From NCBI RefSeq assembly GCF_016026235.1, contig NZ_CP065613.1: a DNA stretch of 64,000 bases; one strand, 5' to 3'. Positions 35,205 to 43,422 of this stretch are shown here, in pieces. The translations under genes and the position numbers were made by a program. The stretch comes from Escherichia coli. Lineage in GTDB: Bacteria; Pseudomonadota; Gammaproteobacteria; Enterobacterales; Enterobacteriaceae. Each line of letters opens with the position of its first letter. The first letter of the stretch is position 1. The notes beneath the pieces were generated by a model. It ran no database searches and was not told the DNA's origin. It worked only from the letters and a program-made list of their open reading frames with translations.

Positions 35205-35332
35205 TGTTTTTTAACCTCAACTCAGATTAAAATTACTGCGAGTGATGAATAAATGTCCCAGGTTCTTCACTCAGGCCTGCACACTGTGCAGGCTTTCTTT
35301 TTTTCAGATTTCACCTTTTAATTTCATTGCAA

Positions 35333-35578
35333 TCAGAGTTGCCAGAAATTCGGCTTTTTTTCTGCGGGCAGATTATTTCCGATGTAAACCAGGCACATTT
35401 TTGTGGCACCTTCAACAAGAGTTTTAAAGTTTCCTGATAGACCGTCGATATCAACCACAGTGAATGGGGTTTCTTTATTTTCTGTTTTAATTACGTAGCC
35501 AATATGCTTTCCTTCCAGGTAAACCTCGTGAACAATGTTATCAGTAGTTGCAACAGTGGCTTCATAATTGGTGTTCAT
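35333..35578 (-). CDS. hypothetical phage protein (81 aa)
   Basis: ORF with GGAG RBS before MNTNYEATVATT... Confidence 0.4.
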   Translation of the reverse strand: MNTNYEATVATTDNIVHEVYLEGKHIGYVIKTENKETPFTVVDIDGLSGNFKTLVEGATKMCLVYIGNNLPAEKKPNFWQL

Positions 35579-35652
35579 GTTTTTCTCCTTAATTAAGGTT
35601 GAGCGAATCCCTGCCATTGCTGGCATAAATTCAGTTTCGAATAGTCAGTTAA

Positions 35653-35934
35653 TTAAAGTTCGTGTGCCATCTGGTCTTTTTCGGCGCAGATTTCACTACA
35701 ATATTTGCGTTTCTTTTTCCTCATCATGGTTCCGTGCATGTAAATAAGTTCAGCAGTGTAAGCCTTATCAGGGCTTACTTGTCTGTCACACAGGCCATAA
35801 GCACAGGGAATTAAATCGGGATCACCTTTCTGCTGGAGGGTTTTTTTGATTATCCATAACAATTTTTTGATTCCGGTGTGTGTTATGGTCTGCTGAGGTG
35901 CAGAGGTAAAACAATAATCAAGCATAGGGTTCAT
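35653..35934 (-). CDS. hypothetical zinc-ribbon protein (93 aa)
   Basis: two Cys pairs (CAYGLC ... CSEIC). Confidence 0.4.
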   Translation of the reverse strand: MNPMLDYCFTSAPQQTITHTGIKKLLWIIKKTLQQKGDPDLIPCAYGLCDRQVSPDKAYTAELIYMHGTMMRKKKRKYCSEICAEKDQMAHEL

Positions 35935-35950
35935 ATCCGTAGCTCCATTT

Positions 35951-36505
35951 TTATTTTAAAGAAAGTAATTGTTCCACAGTCATATTTTTAATTGCGCCCC
36001 GGTTAACAAGAGTCCATCCCTGTTTTTCCAGATAAAACCGGAAAGTCTCCAGGGTACAGACCAGTGCGCCATCAGGAACGGTTTCGGTGAATTCGACATT
36101 GCCGAATTTGTCGAAGTGAACAACCAGAGTGCGACCATCACCCGGAATCATCTTGTCAGCAGGTGGGGTGTTATTCTGGCGCAGTTCGGCCTCCATGCGG
36201 TCGAACTCAGCAATGTAGGCTTCCTTGAATGCGGCGGCTTTTTTGCCAGTGAAGCCCATCATCAGGAAAACGAAGCCGTTTTTGGTGATTTGGTACATTG
36301 GGCGTTTTTCGCCTTTGGCGTCGGTATAGGTGACGGGCTTAAAATTAAGCCGGTTAAACTCCGGCGAGCATTCGAGAGTTTCGATCTTCTGAATAACGTT
36401 TTTGTGCATTTTCCGGAAGAACTTCGCAACCGCAACAGACGTAGTGACAGCGCGACCATTTTCGATGGTTACGTCAGGGTGAGAAAGGGTAAGGATAGTA
36501 GCCAT
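35951..36505 (-). CDS. Rha-family phage regulatory protein
   Basis: MATILTLSHPDVTIENGRAVTTSVAVAKFFRKMHKNVIQKIETL... matches Rha domain pattern; GAGG RBS before this Met; ORF is open further upstream to 36799. Confidence 0.5.
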   Translation of the reverse strand: MATILTLSHPDVTIENGRAVTTSVAVAKFFRKMHKNVIQKIETLECSPEFNRLNFKPVTYTDAKGEKRPMYQITKNGFVFLMMGFTGKKAAAFKEAYIAEFDRMEAELRQNNTPPADKMIPGDGRTLVVHFDKFGNVEFTETVPDGALVCTLETFRFYLEKQGWTLVNRGAIKNMTVEQLLSLK

Positions 36506-36821
36506 GATGGCAGCCTCGATAGTCAGTTTAAATAACTCACCACCAGAGGTAGCAATCTCATGGGTGGTGAGACGCACAGGGTTGCTACAACCGGTGACTA
36601 CCGAAACCGGCCAGCCTTGCGGCTGCCCTGCACGCCCCACCATAATCTGAATGTGGCTGTGCTTGACGCATAAAAAAACCGCCTGAGCGCGGTTATGCGC
36701 AGTAGTCATCGTCGGGGTAGCAATCCCGGCCCCCGTTTTATGAGGTGCAGGTGCACTATAATTCCACCCGTTCTGGTTTTCAATAGCTACATTCAACATT
36801 TTCTCTCACCTTTCATCACCG

Positions 36822-36976
36822 AAGTGAATTTTGTGATGCGGTGCCTGGTGCCTCCAGGTGACGTTAACCAGTTAACAATTACAGTCGGCTTTCCCACCCA
36901 AACCAATAAGGACTAACATGACTTTTAACTGTGCCGCGTGCGCTTAGCCGCATTCACCGCATCACAAAATTCACTT
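36822..36976. repeat. 22-bp perfect inverted repeat pair separated by about 111 bp
   Basis: aagtgaattttgtgatgcggtg at 36822-36843 and its exact reverse complement caccgcatcacaaaattcactt at 36955-36976; the intervening DNA holds smaller palindromes (cctggtgcctccagg, gttaaccagttaac). Confidence 0.8.
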
Positions 36977-37206
36977 TAAAAAGGGCGGACATCAGCCAGC
37001 AATTAAACCGATGCCGCCAACTGGTACTTCACACAGCAATGTCGTTATTTACAACCGGAAGCGCACTCCCACCATTTAAATTTCACAGACAAGACCGACT
37101 CTTTATGGATACCGGAAATGCGCCTTCGTGTTGTGCCCGGTTTTATTTCACCACCTCCGGGCTTTGGTGGTATCTTTACTGAAGTTCTCACACAACCAGT
37201 AAGGAA

Positions 37207-37503
37207 ATGAATATGCCAACGTATCTCGCCAGAGTAGAACTATATAATGCTGAGCCAGAGGATTACGAAGGGCTTCATAAATATATGCTCTCACTAGGAT
37301 TCAGGAGAACGATCCCCCATGGAGATGGTTCGTATAATCAACTCCCGGACGGAACTTATGTTTCCGAAAAGGGCGGTGATATTTATCAAATTCGCAGCCA
37401 GATATCTGACTATGCAGACCGACTATCCGGGTATCGCGCGTCTGTTTTTGTTTGCGAATTCAGTCAATGCGCATGGTATTTATACCCCGCCAAGACCCGG
37501 TGA
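37207..37503 (+). CDS. hypothetical small soluble protein on opposite strand (cargo gene at the sieB/rex-equivalent position)
   Basis: 98 aa, MNMPTYLARVELYNAEPEDYEGLHKYMLSLGF...; AGGAAA RBS; antisense to the flanking leftward genes; its 3' end slightly overlaps a convergent gene. Confidence 0.5.
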   Translation: MNMPTYLARVELYNAEPEDYEGLHKYMLSLGFRRTIPHGDGSYNQLPDGTYVSEKGGDIYQIRSQISDYADRLSGYRASVFVCEFSQCAWYLYPAKTR

Positions 37504-37692
37504 ATATCCTGCACGGCCTTCTGCTTTGTAGAAGGCTTCTTCGCTATCATAATCGCCAGATTCCAGCGCTTCTTTAGCCAGCCAGATGCGTGCCCCAGTG
37601 CCTGCATTTGGCTCCAGTTGCTGGAGGCGTTTTGCATCTTCTGGGAGTAGAGCGATAACGTGTTTTAATTCTGTCTCGTTCATTTTACTCAC
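37480..37692 (-). CDS. small phage protein, YdaG-like
   Basis: 70-aa ORF adjacent to the ydaF-like gene as in Rac. Confidence 0.4.
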   Translation of the reverse strand: MSKMNETELKHVIALLPEDAKRLQQLEPNAGTGARIWLAKEALESGDYDSEEAFYKAEGRAGYSPGLGGV

Positions 37693-37840
37693 CTGAATGT
37701 CTTCCCAACCAACGACGTGCGCCAGCTTCGGTTTTAAACGTTTTGCTTTTGGTATACGTCATGGCGGTGAATGTGCCGTCCTGGTTGGGGAACACGCCGT
37801 ACACCAGAGATTCGTTGTTGCCAAGATCGATAGTATTCAT
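37685..37840 (-). CDS. small phage protein, YdaF-like
   Basis: MNTIDLGNNESLVYGVFPNQDGTFTAMTYTKSKTFKTE... matches my recollection of Rac YdaF (51 aa). Confidence 0.5.
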   Translation of the reverse strand: MNTIDLGNNESLVYGVFPNQDGTFTAMTYTKSKTFKTEAGARRWLGRHSGE

Positions 37841-37894
37841 GTTGACCCCATTTCCCCTTAACGCCGGGGTAGCGGAACTGTTTGCTGAGAACAC

Positions 37895-38042
37895 CGTGCG
37901 GTGTCTTGATGAATGAAATTTAGAATAACCTAAGATGGGCGGCCAAGATTTTTATGTAGAAAAACCTAAGTTTTTTGATGTAAAAAACACAAGTGTTTGA
38001 AAGTTTGTGCTTTTTATTACAGGGTGTGGAGAAAAAAGGGGA
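37895..38042. promoter_or_regulatory. putative leftward early promoter/operator region (OL-like) downstream of the repressor gene
   Basis: direct repeats tagaataacctaag and tagaaaaacctaag sharing the CCTAAG half-site seen at OR. Confidence 0.4.
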
Positions 38043-38450
38043 TTATTTGTTTGCGCTTCTTTTGCGAGCTTTGAGTAGTTCTTCAAAAAGTTTGTTGAAA
38101 TTTTCAACTCGAGCACGCATCTCTGACAACAGGGCCTTTTGCTCTGACTCAGGCAGTGCGTCGAACAGTTGAAGTAACTCTTTTTGATCTTCTGTCAGAA
38201 TGGCTGGCTGATTATCCGGGATCGGTTCGCCTGGTTGTTTATCTTCATCCCCAAAAAGAAGCCAAGTCGGTGAGCACTGAAGCGCTTGGCTCAGTGCGAA
38301 TAATCTTTTCCCCGCCGGCTGTGTTTCATCTCTTTCCCATTGAGAAATTGTTACGTGAGCCACTTTGACCAGCTTACCTAATGCGGCCTGAGACAGTTTT
38401 AATTTTTTACGCCTATGTAAGAGGCGAGCACCGAAGGTTTCGTTTTTCAT
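38043..38450 (-). CDS. prophage repressor (HTH-XRE; cI/RacR-like)
   Basis: N-terminal HTH LSQAALGKLVKVAHVTISQWERDE; divergent from the cro-like gene. Confidence 0.75.
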   Translation of the reverse strand: MKNETFGARLLHRRKKLKLSQAALGKLVKVAHVTISQWERDETQPAGKRLFALSQALQCSPTWLLFGDEDKQPGEPIPDNQPAILTEDQKELLQLFDALPESEQKALLSEMRARVENFNKLFEELLKARKRSANK

Positions 38451-38526
38451 ATTAGGGAATTCTAATTTTTCTTGACTTAGGTTTCTCTACGATCTAGTTT
38501 CCTTAGGAAAATCTAAGGAGCTCGAT
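38451..38526. promoter_or_regulatory. divergent promoter/operator region (OR-like) between repressor and cro-like gene
   Basis: TTGACT -35-like hexamer and inverted repeat CCTTAG-gaaaat-CTAAGG. Confidence 0.5.
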
Positions 38527-38754
38527 ATGTTGAAAATTGATGCTATAGCGTTTTTTGGCAGCAAAACAAAGCTTGCCAATGCCGCAGGAGTTAGGCTGGC
38601 AAGCATTGCTGCATGGGGGGAACTGGTTCCTGAAGGTCGCGCGATGCGCCTGCAAGAGGCATCTGGCGGGGAACTTCAGTACGACCCCAAAGTTTATGAC
38701 GAATATCGTAAGGCAAAACGACCTGGGAAGGTGATTCATGAAAATCAGGCATGA
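38527..38754 (+). CDS. Cro/YdaS-like small DNA-binding protein
   Basis: 75 aa, MLKIDAIAFFGSKTKLANAAGVRLASIAAWGE...; first rightward gene. Confidence 0.6.
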   Translation: MLKIDAIAFFGSKTKLANAAGVRLASIAAWGELVPEGRAMRLQEASGGELQYDPKVYDEYRKAKRPGKVIHENQA

Positions 38755-39160
38755 GCACATCGAATCAGTGCTGTTAGCCCTGGCAGCCGAAAAAGGGCAG
38801 GCGTGGGTCGCTAACGCAATTACTGAAGAATATCTGCGGCAGGGGGGCGGCGAATTGTCTCTGGTACCAGGCAAGGACTGGAACAATCAGCAGAATATCT
38901 ATCACCGTTGGTTGAAAGGTGAAACGAAAGCGCAAAGGGAAAAAATTCAGAAACTGATCCCTGTGGTTCTGGCAATTCTTCCGCGTGAGCTGCGTCACCG
39001 ACTCTGTATCTTCGATACCCTGGAACGCCGTGCATTACTGGCGGCGCAGGAAGCGTTGAGTACGGCAATTGATGCGCATGATGATGCTGTCCAGGCCGTT
39101 TACCGGAAAGCACATTTCAGCGGTGGTGGGTCGCCCGGCGATTCTGTCGTAGTGCATTGA
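38738..39160 (+). CDS. YdaT-like protein (CII-position)
   Basis: 140 aa, MKIRHEHIESVLLALAAEKGQAWVANAITEEYLRQGGGELSLVPGKDWNNQQNIYHRWLKGETKAQREKIQKLIP... resembles Rac YdaT. Confidence 0.6.
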   Translation: MKIRHEHIESVLLALAAEKGQAWVANAITEEYLRQGGGELSLVPGKDWNNQQNIYHRWLKGETKAQREKIQKLIPVVLAILPRELRHRLCIFDTLERRALLAAQEALSTAIDAHDDAVQAVYRKAHFSGGGSPGDSVVVH

Positions 39161-39237
39161 TTGAAATTAATCGTGCCGGATTGTTTTGTTCGGTATCAGT
39201 TAAATGTAACGCTGCGAGCGTTACAAGGTGAAAACAA

Positions 39238-40026
39238 ATGGCTTCAAACTGGATAAAGCTCGAGGTTATTACGCCGGATAAGCCGGAAATATTCAGGCTT
39301 GCTGAGATTCTGAATATTGATCCAGATGCCGCATTAGGGAAGGTTATTCGCTTCTGGGCATGGGCGGATCAACAAATGATAGACGGTAATGCAGATTGTA
39401 ACGCTCGCGGCGTTACAAAAAGTGCAATAGATCGCATCACTTTTATGTCTGGTTTTGCTGATGCGTTAATTCAGGTTGGATGGCTGGTCGAAAATGACGG
39501 TGGGCTTTCTCTACCTAACTTTGAACGTCATAACGGAAAAAGCTCTAAAAAACGGGCGGTTACAAACGAGCGAGTAACAAAAATACGCGAACTGAAACGA
39601 AAAGGTAACGCTGCCAGCGTTACACAAACGGATCAAAAAGCGTTACCAGAGGAAGAGGAAGAGGAAGATCTAAATACTGATCTCCCCCTAAATCCCCCTC
39701 GCCAAAAACGAGCGTCTAAAAAATTCGAGCCGGAGGCTATTGAGCTGCCCGATTGGTTGCCGGAAACACTCTGGCATGAGTGGGTCCGGTTCAGACAGGC
39801 ATTGCGAAAACCGATTCGAACGGAGCAGGGCGCTAACGGGGCGATACGGGAACTGGAAAAATTCCGTCAGCAGGGTTTTACACCTGAGCAGGTGATTCGA
39901 CACAGCATCGCCAATGAATACCAGGGCCTGTTCGCGCCGAAAGGTGTTCGGCCTGAGACGTTGCTCCGACAGGTTAACACCGTCTCGTTGCCGGACAGTG
40001 CGATCCCGCCAGGCTTCAGGGGGTAA
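39238..40026 (+). CDS. replication initiation/replisome organizer protein (YdaU/O-like)
   Basis: 262 aa with acidic linker; followed by DnaC-like gene. Confidence 0.55.
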   Translation: MASNWIKLEVITPDKPEIFRLAEILNIDPDAALGKVIRFWAWADQQMIDGNADCNARGVTKSAIDRITFMSGFADALIQVGWLVENDGGLSLPNFERHNGKSSKKRAVTNERVTKIRELKRKGNAASVTQTDQKALPEEEEEEDLNTDLPLNPPRQKRASKKFEPEAIELPDWLPETLWHEWVRFRQALRKPIRTEQGANGAIRELEKFRQQGFTPEQVIRHSIANEYQGLFAPKGVRPETLLRQVNTVSLPDSAIPPGFRG

Positions 40027-40032
40027 CGGACC

Positions 40033-40779
40033 ATGAAAAATATTGCGACAGGCGGCGTTCTGGAACGCATCCGCCGACTGACCCCGCCACATGTAACCGC
40101 CCCATTCAGAACGGTAGCGGAGTGGCGCGAGTGGCAACTTGCTGAAGGCCAGAAACGTAGCGAGGAGATCAACCGCCTGAATCGCCAGTTGCGGGTGGAA
40201 AAAATTCTGAATCGCTCAGGCATCCAGCCGTTGCACCGTAAATGCTCGTTTGCGAATTACCAGGTGCAGAACGACGGCCAGCGATACGCGTTAAGCCAGG
40301 CGAAATCCATCGCCGATGAACTGATGACCGGGTGTACAAATTTTGCGTTCAGCGGAAAACCTGGTACCGGGAAGAATCACTTAGCGGCAGCTATCGGGAA
40401 TCGCCTGCTGAAAGACGGTCAGACAGTGATTGTGGTTACCGTGGCTGATGTTATGAGCGCCCTGCACGCCAGCTATGACGACGGGCAGTCAGGCGAAAAA
40501 TTTTTGCGGGAGCTGTGCGAAGTGGATCTGCTGGTTCTTGATGAAATTGGCATTCAGCGCGAGACGAAAAACGAGCAGGTGGTGCTGCACCAGATTGTTG
40601 ATCGCCGGACAGCGTCGATGCGCAGCGTGGGGATGCTGACAAACCTGAACTATGAGGTGATGAAAACATTGCTCGGCGAGCGGGTGATGGATCGCATGGT
40701 CATGAACGGCGGGCGCTGGGTGAATTTTAACTGGGAGAGCTGGCGTCCGAATGTTAGCCATTCGAGGGTTGTTAAGTAG
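40033..40779 (+). CDS. DnaC-like helicase loader ATPase (YdaV-like)
   Basis: Walker A GKPGTGKNHLAAAIG, Walker B LLVLDEIG. Confidence 0.75.
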   Translation: MKNIATGGVLERIRRLTPPHVTAPFRTVAEWREWQLAEGQKRSEEINRLNRQLRVEKILNRSGIQPLHRKCSFANYQVQNDGQRYALSQAKSIADELMTGCTNFAFSGKPGTGKNHLAAAIGNRLLKDGQTVIVVTVADVMSALHASYDDGQSGEKFLRELCEVDLLVLDEIGIQRETKNEQVVLHQIVDRRTASMRSVGMLTNLNYEVMKTLLGERVMDRMVMNGGRWVNFNWESWRPNVSHSRVVK

Positions 40780-40793
40780 TTTCAGGAGGATTT

Positions 40794-41216
40794 ATGGCGA
40801 AACCTTTTACTCCCGAACAGCGGGAAGAACTGAAGACGCGAATTGTGGAACTCGTGCATCAGGACGGTCGGGTCACGATTCGGCAGTTGTCAGATGAAAC
40901 AGGTATCAGTCGTGCGTCTGTCGGTCGCTTATGCATGGAACTGGTCGCAAGTGGTGATGTATATAATTCTGGCTACGGCTTATTCCCGTCTGAACAGGCT
41001 CGCAAGGACTGGCAAAGCGCCCGCAAAAAACTCTCGAGAGTAAAGGTGAGGAAACCGGTTGTTGTTGATCCGGACCTTATCTGGTCATTACCTGACGGAG
41101 AAATACGCCGCTACGACAGGCGCCTGAATATAATCTGTCGCGAGTGCCGGAAGAGCGAAGCTATGCAGCGTGTACTGGCTTTCTATCAGGGTAATTTTCA
41201 GGAGGCGATACTGTGA
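40794..41216 (+). CDS. hypothetical phage protein (140 aa)
   Basis: ORF with winged-helix-like N-terminus (IRQLSDETGISRASVGRL). Confidence 0.4.
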   Translation: MAKPFTPEQREELKTRIVELVHQDGRVTIRQLSDETGISRASVGRLCMELVASGDVYNSGYGLFPSEQARKDWQSARKKLSRVKVRKPVVVDPDLIWSLPDGEIRRYDRRLNIICRECRKSEAMQRVLAFYQGNFQEAIL

Positions 41217-41273
41217 ATGAAATTAGCTATCAGGCTTCAATTACCGCTGGCATTCGCATCAAAGGAGAGGAGC

Positions 41274-41630
41274 ATGGAAATAAAACCAGAAGATGAGTTA
41301 AGCAATATCGTTTTATTTCCGATAAAAGAGGATGACCCTCGTAATCAGGTTAATTTTCTTTATGAGCCATCGGAAAGACCATATTGCCATCACGCCTCTG
41401 TACGGGTTGACGAAAAAGAGCGTCAGGTCCGCTGTAAAATCTGCGGTGCGGTTGTGGAGCCGTTTGACTGGATGCTCTCTGTGGCAAAAAGAGAAACCAG
41501 ACTGGCAGATGATGTAAGGCTATTGCGCCAGGAGGAACAGGAAAGGCGGAGAAATATAGAAAAGCTGATACAGATTGAGCGTAACGCGAAAGCGCGGATA
41601 CGCAGGGCGACAAAATCCAGAACTGAATAA
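41274..41630 (+). CDS. hypothetical zinc-ribbon phage protein
   Basis: GGAGAGGAG RBS before MEIKPEDEL; CHH...CKICG motif. Confidence 0.45.
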   Translation: MEIKPEDELSNIVLFPIKEDDPRNQVNFLYEPSERPYCHHASVRVDEKERQVRCKICGAVVEPFDWMLSVAKRETRLADDVRLLRQEEQERRRNIEKLIQIERNAKARIRRATKSRTE

Positions 41631-41777
41631 TTAAATTTAGCACTGTTAAAAATTTAATCCTTAACCGGAGGGATTTCTGCACCCTCAAATCATCAGGAGA
41701 CCGCCCGAAAGGGCGGGGAGCAGTCACACATCTGTTTCCGATAGCCCCGTTCTAATGCTACACTCTTTGATATTTTT

Positions 41778-42464
41778 ATGACCCCAATAAACATATTTAT
41801 GACAGTTGCTGATTTCAAACGGCCCAAATTGGAGCTCCCAAACGGGGCAAACAAACTACTACTGCACTCTTGCTGTGCTCCATGTTCCGGTGAGGTGATG
41901 GAGGCGCTTCAGGCCTCGGGAATCGACTACACCATCTTTTTCTACAACCCGAACATTCATCCTCAGAAAGAGTATTTAATTCGTAAGGATGAGAATATTC
42001 GCTTTGCTGAACAACACGGCGTGCCGTTTATTGATGCTGATTACGACACAGACAACTGGTTTGAACGAGCCAAAGGAATGGAATGGGAGCCCGAACGAGG
42101 GATCCGTTGCACCATGTGTTTTGACATGCGTTTTGAGCGGACAGCGCTGTACGCCGCTGAAAATGGTTTCAGTGTGATCAGCAGTTCACTGGGCATTTCA
42201 CGCTGGAAAAATATGCAGCAGGTTAACGACTGTGGGCGGCGAGCCGTCGCGCATTATCCGGGCATGGTGTACTGGGATTATAACTGGCGCAAGCAGGGCG
42301 GCTCGTCCCGTATGATTGAAATCAGCAAGCGCGAAAAATTCTATCAGCAGGAATATTGTGGCTGTGTGTATTCTCTGCGCGATACCAATCTACACCGCAA
42401 ATCTCAGGGACGCCCTCTTATCAAAATTGGTCAACTCCACTACGGTAAAGAAGAGAAGGAGTGA
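41778..42464 (+). CDS. queH: QueH-like (DUF208) epoxyqueuosine reductase family protein
   Basis: motifs [40 protein letters not shown] as I recall for QueH; 228 aa; located in the nin-like region. Confidence 0.6.
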   Translation: MTPINIFMTVADFKRPKLELPNGANKLLLHSCCAPCSGEVMEALQASGIDYTIFFYNPNIHPQKEYLIRKDENIRFAEQHGVPFIDADYDTDNWFERAKGMEWEPERGIRCTMCFDMRFERTALYAAENGFSVISSSLGISRWKNMQQVNDCGRRAVAHYPGMVYWDYNWRKQGGSSRMIEISKREKFYQQEYCGCVYSLRDTNLHRKSQGRPLIKIGQLHYGKEEKE

Positions 42465-42691
42465 TTTTATGGGGCACCTTTCTGATTGATTTCATATTGG
42501 CGAGGTAAGTAGAATGACTGCGGGTGCTTGAGGCTATCTGCTTCAGGCATGAACACCAAAAGGCAGATAGAGAAAAGCCCCAGTTAACATTACGCGTCCG
42601 GCAAGACGCTTAACATTAATCTGAGGCCAATTTCATGCTTTGCACATGTAGGTTAGCCTCTTACATGCCGAAAGGCAAGGAGAAGCAGGCT

Positions 42692-42847
42692 ATGAAGCAG
42701 CAAAAGGCGATGTTAATCGCCCTGATCGTCATCTGTTTAACCGTCATAGTGACGGCACTGGTAACGAGGAAAGACCTCTGTGAGGTACGAATCCGAACCG
42801 GCCAGACGGAGGTCGCTGTCTTCGTAGACTACGAATCCAGGAAGTAA
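42692..42847 (+). CDS. hok: Hok/Gef-family type I toxin (51 aa)
   Basis: MKQQKAMLIALIVICLTVIVTALVTRKDLCEVRIRTGQTEVAVFVDYESRK; in-frame upstream extension from 42635 resembles a mok-like leader ORF. Confidence 0.85.
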   Translation: MKQQKAMLIALIVICLTVIVTALVTRKDLCEVRIRTGQTEVAVFVDYESRK

Positions 42848-42919
42848 GAGTGACCGGGCGGGGAGCTGATCCCATCCCCGCCCACCTCTGATGTGTCAGG
42901 CATCCTCAACGCACCCGCA

Positions 42920-42975
42920 CTTAACCCGCCCATCGCTGTGATCTCTCAGCGTTTCGGCGGGTTTTTTGTTGTTTA
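42920..42975 (+). terminator. GC-rich hairpin plus T-tract downstream of hok
   Basis: cccgcc...ggcgggttttttgttg; long loop, so boundaries are approximate. Confidence 0.45.
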
Positions 42976-43096
42976 TTTCCGGTGAATTTGATTCGCGCAC
43001 CTTCGCAGATAGAATCGACTCACTTAAGTAGCGCGCAGGGAGAAGAGGGATGGACCCCGAACAGGGGAGAGCTATTTATCTGGAAGGATTCTGAAG

Positions 43097-43384
43097 ATGA
43101 AAATCGAAGAATTGCGTGAAATTTTTAGTGAAAATGGCCTCTATGCTGTGCGCGTTGAGAATGGAGCGATTGTCAGCCATTGCCGCATTAGATGTTTGCA
43201 ATCTCAACAAAGGAAGAGCGGTGCTGTGTTATTTTATTTTTGTAATGGACTTCTGACGGACGGTTTTATTTTGCGTGAGGACGAATTTGTCACATCATTA
43301 CGGGTTTTGAAAGAGATTGGTTTTAAGGCTGGTTTTCTGCTTTTGCTGAAGAATAAACTCATCTACAATCTTGAGCAGGATTGA
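43097..43384 (+). CDS. hypothetical phage protein (95 aa)
   Basis: ORF with RBS, nin-like region. Confidence 0.35.
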   Translation: MKIEELREIFSENGLYAVRVENGAIVSHCRIRCLQSQQRKSGAVLFYFCNGLLTDGFILREDEFVTSLRVLKEIGFKAGFLLLLKNKLIYNLEQD

Positions 43385-43422
43385 ACTCCTGCTGTGTAAC
43401 ACCGTGCCACCGGAGAAAGCCG

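Noticed and set aside
36506-36799. N-terminal 98-codon extension of the Rha-family ORF (full ORF 35951-36799)
   Set aside because: The Rha-like domain begins near the internal Met at 36505, which has a GAGG RBS; the extension has no recognisable features. It is not excluded, since a weak RBS also precedes the ATG at 36799.
36931-37182. 83-aa plus-strand ORF in the gap between the Rha-family gene and the cargo gene
   Set aside because: No RBS, starts inside the 22-bp inverted repeat region, and has an Arg/Cys-rich composition typical of a random ORF.
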